A stretch of DNA of 63,604 nt from Nitrospinota bacterium (GTDB taxonomy: Bacteria > UBA8248): the NCBI GenBank assembly GCA_036231405.1, contig JAZAHK010000048.1:1-63604 (forward strand), in the 5' to 3' direction. Shown piece by piece: positions 56,664 to 63,604 of the stretch; the stretch's first letter is position 1, and each line of letters begins with the position of its first letter. The notes under the pieces are model-generated. The model was not told the origin of the DNA and did no database searches. It saw nothing but the letters and a program-made list of their open reading frames with translations. The position numbers and the translations under genes were made by a program.

Positions 56664-57836
56664 ATGTCAGATCGTGAAATACAAATCGAGGGAGTTTGTG
56701 ATCCAAGTTTTTCTTCCGTTAAGGATGAGTTTTATGAAAATTTTGCGTCTAGAAATGAAATAGGTTCCTCAGTTTGTATTTATCAGGATGGAAAAAAAGT
56801 AGTTGACTTGTGGGGGGGATACCGTGATGAAGGAGGGACTCAACCCTGGACTGAAGATACTATTACCTTGATGAGTTCTATTGCCAAAAGTATGTCTGCA
56901 TTGTGTGTCCATATGCTAGTGGATAGAGGTTTAGTTTCACTTGATTCTCTCGTTTCTAATTATTGGCCTGAATTTGGACAGGTTGGTAAAGAGAAAATAT
57001 CAATTAGGCAAACCATAAGTCATCAATGCGGCGTTATTTTTTGTGATAGTGCGAAACCTGGTGATTTCTTTAATTATCAGGCACAAATAGCCGCTATAGA
57101 GTTGCAAGAGCCTGCGTGGGTACCAGGAATTCAGGCAGGATACAATTCTATTAATTTTGGTTTTATACACTGCGAAATTGTGAAACGAGTTACTGGAAAA
57201 ACTGTCGATCAATTTATACGGGAAGAGATCACAGGTCCCTTGGAGGCAGAATATAACATTAGACTAACTGGAAAGGAATTGGTACTAGTCGCACCCATGC
57301 ATCATAATCCAGAAAATAAATTTTGGGAAATGGGAGAGAAAGAAGGTACCAAGTTAAATAGGGCATGGCAAAGTCGTCCTAGACATATTGACATTACAAA
57401 TGCTCATGAAAATAGGGTGGGATTAAATCCATCCTCAGGGGGGCATGGGAACGCAAGAGGTATCGCAAGAGTGTATGCCATGCTTGCAAACAATGGGGAA
57501 TTGGACGGAGTCAGACTGCTTAAACCTGAAACTGTAGAAGCTCTGTCTGCTGTTCAATGGGAAGGGAATTGTGCTATGACTGGCCAACCAAGAAGGTTTG
57601 GGTTAGGATTTCTACACAATTGTCCCCCTAATATGCCTATGGGTTCGAACATGAAGGCTTTTGGTCATGCTGGTTCAGGCGGAGCACTAGGTTTTTGTGA
57701 TCGTGAGAATAATCATTCTTTTGGTTTTTGCACAAATATTCAGCCAGAGGGACAATCTCCAGGAGTTCGATGTCGTTCTCTAGTTAACGCGGCTTTTGGA
57801 AAAGTTCCAGACTGGGTTCCTAAGAACAAGTCTTAA
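56664..57836 (+). CDS. Beta-lactamase-fold serine hydrolase (family VIII esterase-like)
   Basis: VVDLWGG, SIAK (SxxK), YWPEFG, YNS, FGHAGSGG. Confidence 0.9.
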   Translation: MSDREIQIEGVCDPSFSSVKDEFYENFASRNEIGSSVCIYQDGKKVVDLWGGYRDEGGTQPWTEDTITLMSSIAKSMSALCVHMLVDRGLVSLDSLVSNYWPEFGQVGKEKISIRQTISHQCGVIFCDSAKPGDFFNYQAQIAAIELQEPAWVPGIQAGYNSINFGFIHCEIVKRVTGKTVDQFIREEITGPLEAEYNIRLTGKELVLVAPMHHNPENKFWEMGEKEGTKLNRAWQSRPRHIDITNAHENRVGLNPSSGGHGNARGIARVYAMLANNGELDGVRLLKPETVEALSAVQWEGNCAMTGQPRRFGLGFLHNCPPNMPMGSNMKAFGHAGSGGALGFCDRENNHSFGFCTNIQPEGQSPGVRCRSLVNAAFGKVPDWVPKNKS

Positions 57837-58294
57837 GATATGTCTGGGGCATAGCCTTCTTCATAGAAAGCCCCGCTTTTCTCTCCGTCGGTGGCATCTC
57901 CTGCTATGAAGTACGTAGTGTCTTTTGAAGCCAAGTAGATAGCATCTTCTTCTTCTGTAGTTACGCAGTAGTGTTCTGCGTTTGCAGGTATGTGAATTAG
58001 ATCTCCTGGTCCGGCGATACCTTCTTCATCGTTTACCTTAAATTTTAATTTTCCTTTGATCACAAAATTGAACTGCTCATTTGGATGTGTATGGAGTCTG
58101 GATCCCGTTCCCTTTGGTTTGTTTACATATACGATTTGAACATTTTTCCCCTTGACTGCGGCTCCTTCGGAAGTTGAATAATGAGGGCCTATTTTGTAAG
58201 CTTCCATTTCTTTCATATGAAATAAATGTTGTCCTTTGCCTGTTTGAGTAACAAGTTCATTTGTTTCTTCATGGATATTTTCATAATCATTCAT
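57833..58294 (-). CDS. Cupin-domain protein
   Basis: HTHPNEQFNFVIKG ... IPANAEH. Confidence 0.85.
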   Translation of the reverse strand: MNDYENIHEETNELVTQTGKGQHLFHMKEMEAYKIGPHYSTSEGAAVKGKNVQIVYVNKPKGTGSRLHTHPNEQFNFVIKGKLKFKVNDEEGIAGPGDLIHIPANAEHYCVTTEEEDAIYLASKDTTYFIAGDATDGEKSGAFYEEGYAPDIS

Positions 58295-58446
58295 TTTTTC
58301 TCCGTCTATTTCACTTTGTTGAAAGTTAAAGGGATATAAGTTCTAGGTATTTAGTCGTTCCAATTAAAATAATATGTGATTATACAAAATTGTATTGATT
58401 ACACATAATGCGTTCATTCTTTTAATTTTAATTCTTCATTTTCCTT

Positions 58447-59724
58447 TTGGTTTTGATGAAAAAAACATTTTTCTATTATGGTTGGACAATAATTTCTTTA
58501 ATTTTTTTCTGTATGGCCTATTCCGTTGCAGTTCGTTTTTCTTTTTCTATTTTTCAAACTTCACTTATTGAAGAGTTTGGTTGGGGAAGAGGTGTTTTAG
58601 GTTCCGCCTATGCAGTTATGTTAGGGATTTATGCAATAACCTGTCCTTTTACAGGAAGATTATTTGATAGAAAAGGACCTAGGTTTGTTTTGCTTTGGGG
58701 ACCGATCTTTTACGGCGTTGGCATGCTTCTTAGTTCTTTGATTTCGGAACTTTGGCATGTTTTTGTTTTCCCTTCTCTCTTGGTTGGTTTGGGGATAGCG
58801 ATGAGTGGATTTCCTATTTATAGTGCGCTGATTCCAAAATGGTTTGATAAAAAAAGAGGAATGGCTACAGGCATTGCACTTTCAGGAAGTGGAATTGGAA
58901 TGTTATTTCTTATTCCTTTGATTGAGTATTCAATTTCTTCATTTGGTTGGAGATTGACATATTTAATTTTAGGCTTCTCAGTCCTTTTTTTCCTTTTTCC
59001 AATTGTTTATTTTTTTCTCTATAACAAACCTGAAGATGTTGGACAGGAAATTGATGGGATAGAATCTCCAAATGTTCTAAAAGAAAAAGGAAGTGAAGAG
59101 GAGAAAAAAGAACATTTAGGATTTTTGGAAATTTACAAACAACTGAAAGGTAACAGAAACTTTTGGGTTCTTGCTATCACAGTTTTTTTGATTGGACTAA
59201 ACAATAATATGATTTTTAGTCAATTGCATCTTTATCTGACGGATGTGAAATTTTCTAGTTCTTCCTCAGCATTGATCTTCGGAGCTGTTGGTTTTGTTAG
59301 AATAGTAGGAAGTATAATTATGGGTTGGTGCAGCGATTATATAGGAAGACCTTACGCGCAATCTTTGTCAGCATTTCTTACAGGAGTTGGAATACTGGTT
59401 CTAATGTGTTTCGTTTTTATAGGGAATTCTGTCTACTTGGCTTTTTTGTATATTCTTATTTTTGGTATCGGTCTTGGTGGGATGACATCGTGTTATTCTG
59501 CTATGGCAGCTGATTCGTTCAAAGGAGGTTCTTTTGGTGCAATCATGGGATTTTTAGAAATTTTCTTTGGACTGGGCGGTGTTTTAGGCCCTCCTTTTGC
59601 AGGTTTTGTTTTTGATTTTACTGGCAGTTATTTATTTCCATTTATGACTATAGTGGTCGGAATGGTTGTCGTTGTTTTCTTTACGCTAGTTATCTACAAG
59701 GATCCTAACAAAGTTACTAGTTGA
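58447..59724 (+). CDS. MFS transporter (OFA/MCT-like)
   Basis: FYYGW, GRLFDRKGPR, WFDKKRGMATG, GWCSDYIGR, FDFTGSY. Confidence 0.88.
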   Translation: MVLMKKTFFYYGWTIISLIFFCMAYSVAVRFSFSIFQTSLIEEFGWGRGVLGSAYAVMLGIYAITCPFTGRLFDRKGPRFVLLWGPIFYGVGMLLSSLISELWHVFVFPSLLVGLGIAMSGFPIYSALIPKWFDKKRGMATGIALSGSGIGMLFLIPLIEYSISSFGWRLTYLILGFSVLFFLFPIVYFFLYNKPEDVGQEIDGIESPNVLKEKGSEEEKKEHLGFLEIYKQLKGNRNFWVLAITVFLIGLNNNMIFSQLHLYLTDVKFSSSSSALIFGAVGFVRIVGSIIMGWCSDYIGRPYAQSLSAFLTGVGILVLMCFVFIGNSVYLAFLYILIFGIGLGGMTSCYSAMAADSFKGGSFGAIMGFLEIFFGLGGVLGPPFAGFVFDFTGSYLFPFMTIVVGMVVVVFFTLVIYKDPNKVTS

Positions 59725-59756
59725 AAATCTATGAATTTAACTAGAAGGAGGAAGGT

Positions 59757-60137
59757 ATGATCAATTTCAAGATTGAAAATGAAGAGAACTATGATGCAGA
59801 CCACCATGTGGCGAATATAGTGGGTCAATTTGAGGAAGGTGATGTGACGGTTGCTTGTTGGGAACCAGGACAAGTTAGCCCAATTCACGCTCATCCACAT
59901 CTTACGGAAATATATTTTTGTGTAAAGGGTGGAGGGAAAATGACCACTGATGAAAAGGTAGTTGAAATGGTTCCCGGAGATTTTGTTGTTCACCCTAGAG
60001 GAGAAGTACACGAATATGAGAATGGCAGTGAGCGATCCGTGCTTTATAGAGTGCGGTATGGAGAGGCAAGAGATTTTTCAGCAGTACGCAAAGGCTGGAA
60101 AGGGAATCCAGATTTAAGCAAAGATGATGAGTCTTAA
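59757..60137 (+). CDS. Cupin-domain protein
   Basis: WEPGQVSPIHAHP...EIY, HPRGEVH. Confidence 0.85.
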   Translation: MINFKIENEENYDADHHVANIVGQFEEGDVTVACWEPGQVSPIHAHPHLTEIYFCVKGGGKMTTDEKVVEMVPGDFVVHPRGEVHEYENGSERSVLYRVRYGEARDFSAVRKGWKGNPDLSKDDES

Positions 60138-60168
60138 TGTAAATTTTCTTTAATTCTTTTTATGGAGA

Positions 60169-60606
60169 ATGGTGATGACTAATAAACACATCGAAATTGT
60201 TGACTGGGATGATGCTCCTGTTGAACTGAATCATTATCCTGCTGGTATTTCTGTTACAGGTGGTAAGATGATCTTCTTGTCAGGAGTAACTGCTGCACCA
60301 GCATATCATACCCATCCACATGTACCTGAGGAGTTTAATCAAATGCCTCAGGATATGGAAGGACAAACTCGTGCAGCATTAGAGAAGGTGAAGAAAAGTT
60401 TAGAGTCTGTCGGAGGATCGATGAGTGACGTGGTCGATACAGTTTGGTTTTTGAGAGATATGACGACTCAAGAGGAAATGAGAAAAGTAAGGAAGGAATT
60501 TTTCGGCGACCATCGTCCTTCTTCTACAACAGTACAGATTGTGAGAACGGCAACTGATCCAAGATGTTTGATAGAGATTAAAGTTGTCGCAGTGGTAGAC
60601 GCATAA
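60169..60606 (+). CDS. Rid (YjgF/UK114) family protein
   Basis: FLSG, QTRAAL, RPSST, LIEIKVVA; lacks the RidA catalytic Arg. Confidence 0.82.
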   Translation: MVMTNKHIEIVDWDDAPVELNHYPAGISVTGGKMIFLSGVTAAPAYHTHPHVPEEFNQMPQDMEGQTRAALEKVKKSLESVGGSMSDVVDTVWFLRDMTTQEEMRKVRKEFFGDHRPSSTTVQIVRTATDPRCLIEIKVVAVVDA

Positions 60607-60610
60607 AAAA

Positions 60611-61033
60611 TTAACGGATTTGTCCATAAATCTTTTCAGGGTCTATCAAGATTGCAACCGCATCTTGTCGAACCATTGCTTTGTCATATTCTTCCCAGTT
60701 AGGATGTTCTGAGTCCCCGCATACGTTGTAAAGGTCTCTTAGAAGTTTCCTGGCGTCTTCGGGATCAGAGTTGTGGTTGTCGAAGAGTTGCGCAACTCCT
60801 TCAATATTTATCCACTCTCTCCAGTCATTTGTAACTACTAGGAGAGAGCAATTTCGATCTCTCCTAAGATTTCTTACCTTGATTGATTTACCTCTCACGG
60901 CAACGAATGCAGCTTTCCCCCCAAATGCACCACAAACAATTATGCTTGAATGGAGAGATCCGTTTTTTTGTTTTGTTGTGATTACGCCCCTGTGATTTTC
61001 TTTGAGGAAAAATTCGATATCTCGAAACCTCAC
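60611..61033 (-). CDS. PPOX-class (split beta-barrel) putative F420-dependent oxidoreductase
   Basis: KVRNLRRD, IEG.A, EHPNWEEYDKAM, typical of the Rv1155/Rv2074-like family. Confidence 0.8.
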   Translation of the reverse strand: MRFRDIEFFLKENHRGVITTKQKNGSLHSSIIVCGAFGGKAAFVAVRGKSIKVRNLRRDRNCSLLVVTNDWREWINIEGVAQLFDNHNSDPEDARKLLRDLYNVCGDSEHPNWEEYDKAMVRQDAVAILIDPEKIYGQIR

Positions 61034-61048
61034 TCTTTTTCTCCTTAT

Positions 61049-61552
61049 TTATTGTTTTGAAGTGCAGGAAGAGTTTCTTTGCTTTCTCTTCCAATTGGAT
61101 GCTAAATCTAAAGATTTTTGTATATCGGATAGAGACATTGTTTTTTTTATTTTCTTTCCCATTTTTATTGCAAAACTATTTCCTTTATCGCTTGCGATGT
61201 TAAACCACATGAGTGCATGAGTAAGAGTTTTTTTAGTTCCTTCTCCTTTCTTGTACATAAGTCCTAGTCTGACTTGTGCGAGAATATGTCCTTGCTTGGC
61301 TGATTTTTTGCAATAGGAAAATGCTTTTTCGTTGTTTTTCTTAACTCCGTGTGCTCTCCGGTATACAGTGCATAAACGGTACTGTGCTTCCGGATCGTCT
61401 TTTTCAGAAAGTGTTCGCCATTTCTTAAGGGCAGTTGTATAATCGCCTACTTTATATGCATCTAGAGCAGTTCGATAATCAGGAAATACATACGGTGTGA
61501 AAGTAAGTATTAAATAAAAAGTAGCTAGTATAATTTTTGTTGTTTTTCTCAT
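61049..61552 (-). CDS. Secreted Sel1-repeat protein
   Basis: Signal peptide, AYKVGDY..A, AQYRL, AQVRLGLMY.KGEG, ALMWFNIA. Confidence 0.88.
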   Translation of the reverse strand: MRKTTKIILATFYLILTFTPYVFPDYRTALDAYKVGDYTTALKKWRTLSEKDDPEAQYRLCTVYRRAHGVKKNNEKAFSYCKKSAKQGHILAQVRLGLMYKKGEGTKKTLTHALMWFNIASDKGNSFAIKMGKKIKKTMSLSDIQKSLDLASNWKRKQRNSSCTSKQ

Positions 61553-61637
61553 TTAATTTTCTTTCAGTTATCAGATATATCTATATTAAAGCATTTGCAT
61601 GATAAAAAAAATAACTACATAAACAAGATTGGATTTT

Positions 61638-62522
61638 ATGTTACTTGATTTCCTTCATCCCAATATTCTTGCTCTTCTTTCTGCAACATTTATTTCCATC
61701 GCGAGAGTCGCCCAGCGGTATGCAGTAGTTCGGATGAGTGCGTTGTTTGCCAATTTAGTTATGGCAATTGTGACTGCACTTTTTGGCTGGATTTTTTACT
61801 CTGTAGATATTCCAGCTTTAAATATCACATTTGAAGGAGTGTTCTGGTTTATGGCCGTAGGGTTTTTTGGAGCCTTTGCTGGACGTTATTTCAACCTAAT
61901 TTCTCTAAGTCTGACAGGACTTGCCCGAGCGGCAATAGTTGCACAAACAGTATTGATATGGTCAGCTTTGTTTGCGGTTTTTGGCCTTGGCGAGGAGATG
62001 ACATTGCCTATCGCATTAGGTACTACGTTCATTATGTTTTCTTCGATGCTGATAGTTTATGATGGAAAGTCGTCAGGAAAAAGAAAAATTCCCGTCTATT
62101 ATTATCTTGTTCCTGCACTTTCTGCACTTATGTATGCTTTTGCACACCTAACCGGGAAGATTGCTTTTTCCTTGATCTCTTCTTCTTCTTTTGGGATGGC
62201 AATTTCTAATACTACTTCTTTGAGTTTGTTGGTTTTCATGATTCCATTTCAAAAAAGTGGGAAATTAAAGGAGTGGGATAAAAAAGGATTTTTGATGCTT
62301 CTTTTCGGTGCAGTCTTCCAATCTTTTGGAATTCTTTGTTTTTGGTCTGCCATGAAATTGGGAAAGATTACACAGATTATTCCATTAAGTCGTTTATCAC
62401 TTCTTCTGATTGTATTCCTTACTTGGTATTTCTTTAGAGAACAGGAAAAGCTTACTTATAGAGTTTTTATCGGGGCAGTTTTAGCACTTGTAGGTGCTTA
62501 CGGCGTTGTCTATGGAAGGTAA
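61638..62522 (+). CDS. EamA/DMT transporter, tandem copy 1
   Basis: About 10 TM helices; near-duplicate of the next gene. Confidence 0.85.
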   Translation: MLLDFLHPNILALLSATFISIARVAQRYAVVRMSALFANLVMAIVTALFGWIFYSVDIPALNITFEGVFWFMAVGFFGAFAGRYFNLISLSLTGLARAAIVAQTVLIWSALFAVFGLGEEMTLPIALGTTFIMFSSMLIVYDGKSSGKRKIPVYYYLVPALSALMYAFAHLTGKIAFSLISSSSFGMAISNTTSLSLLVFMIPFQKSGKLKEWDKKGFLMLLFGAVFQSFGILCFWSAMKLGKITQIIPLSRLSLLLIVFLTWYFFREQEKLTYRVFIGAVLALVGAYGVVYGR

Positions 62523-62593
62523 AAATTCTATTCTAGTACAGATAGAACGTTTTATAAATGTGTTGATTGTTTCTAAGAAAGCAAGATAGATCT

Positions 62594-63478
62594 ATGTTAT
62601 TAGATTTTTTTCATCCAAATATTCTTGCTCTCCTCTCTGCAATATTTGTATCTTGTACGAGAATAACTCAACGTTATGCGATAGACAGAATAAGCGCATT
62701 ATTAGTTAATTTTGTCTTCGCAATTGTTACTGTAATTTTTGGTTGGCTTTTTTATTCTATAGATATAGCTCCTCTTGCATTTCCATGGGAAGGTATACTT
62801 CTATTTATGGCCGTAGGTTTCTTTAGCCCCTTTGCAGGCCGTTACCTCTATCTTATCGCCATTAAACTTGCAGGATTAGCTCGATCGACAATTGTATCGC
62901 AGACAGTGCTTATTTGGTCAGCTCTATTGGCTGTTTTTGTACTTGGTGAAGGTATGACTATCCTGAATGTGATAGGTACGGGATTAATAATGTTGAGTTC
63001 TATGCTTGTAGTTTATGATGGAAAGTCTGACGGAAAGAGGAGGGTTCCGATCTATTATTACTTTGTTCCTGCTCTTTCTGCTCTTATGTATGCTTTTTCA
63101 CATTTAATTGGTAAAACCGCATTTTCTTTCATTCCTTCTTCCACCTTTGGCATGGCAGTATCAAATACAACTTGTTTGGGCATTCTCCTTTTTATGATTC
63201 CATTACGTAAAGGTGCTGCTTTAAGAGAGTGGGATAAAAAAGGCTTCATCGTTATATTGTTTGGTGCGGTTTCGCAGTCTCTTGCTATTCTTTGTTTTTG
63301 GTCTGCAATGAAATTAGGGAACATGACCCAAGTTATCCCTTTGAGCCGTCTGTCGGTACTTTTGATCGTCTTTCTTACCTGGTATTTCTTTAGAGAACAG
63401 GAAAAACTTACCTATAGAGTTTTTGTCGGGGCCGTTCTAGCTCTGGCAGGTGCATATTGCGTTGTATATGGAAGGTAA
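62594..63478 (+). CDS. EamA/DMT transporter, tandem copy 2
   Basis: About 10 TM helices; same length and termini as copy 1 (MLLDF.HPNILALLSA ... VVYGR). Confidence 0.85.
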   Translation: MLLDFFHPNILALLSAIFVSCTRITQRYAIDRISALLVNFVFAIVTVIFGWLFYSIDIAPLAFPWEGILLFMAVGFFSPFAGRYLYLIAIKLAGLARSTIVSQTVLIWSALLAVFVLGEGMTILNVIGTGLIMLSSMLVVYDGKSDGKRRVPIYYYFVPALSALMYAFSHLIGKTAFSFIPSSTFGMAVSNTTCLGILLFMIPLRKGAALREWDKKGFIVILFGAVSQSLAILCFWSAMKLGNMTQVIPLSRLSVLLIVFLTWYFFREQEKLTYRVFVGAVLALAGAYCVVYGR

Positions 63479-63604
63479 AATATGGTTATAAATCAAATAT
63501 TTAAAATAGATAACTAATAAAATAGGTTAGATTACTTTATATGCTCTATTCTGTTTTTCTTCATAATCTGTTCATTTTTCCAAGTTATATTTTTTAGGAA
63601 AAGG

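Noticed and set aside
56664-57836. Beta-lactamase / resistance gene
   Set aside because: No signal peptide and family VIII esterase motifs (VVDLWGG, GHAGSGG); a cytoplasmic esterase is more likely.
1-63604. tRNA, rRNA, riboswitch, IS or prophage elements; remaining short overlapping ORFs in the track
   Set aside because: No cloverleaf, rRNA motif, transposase, integrase or phage gene was recognised by eye (an Infernal/tRNAscan run would be decisive); the short ORFs overlap well-supported genes and carry no motifs.

Overview
AT-rich bacterial chromosomal segment (roughly 35% GC by eye), densely coding. I found no rRNA, tRNA, CRISPR array or recognisable mobile element. It holds (1) housekeeping genes (partial ddl, rel/spoT, ilvC); (2) a minus-strand Rieske/cytochrome b operon with an octaheme cytochrome c, a Tat-exported Rieske protein, a split b6-type cytochrome b and an unannotated 34-aa membrane peptide, flanked by a separately encoded KPDNIPI peptide, a degenerate membrane-anchored Mrr-like protein and a 4x[4Fe-4S] ferredoxin; (3) a variant System I cytochrome c maturation operon (Cys-type CcmE with CPSKF, atypical CcmH, two TlpA proteins, two extra genes); (4) a DUF3090/SCO1664 pair; (5) a truncated liv ABC cassette; (6) many catabolic paralogs (4 SDR, 3 Ldh_2, 2 Zn-MDR, 3 cupins, 4 EamA, 2 MFS, a SuyAB-like lyase), several with substituted catalytic residues. 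Gene content suggests a marine heterotroph near Nitrospinota/Tectomicrobia/UBA8248, but that is inference only. All family calls come from motif recognition, not database searches.
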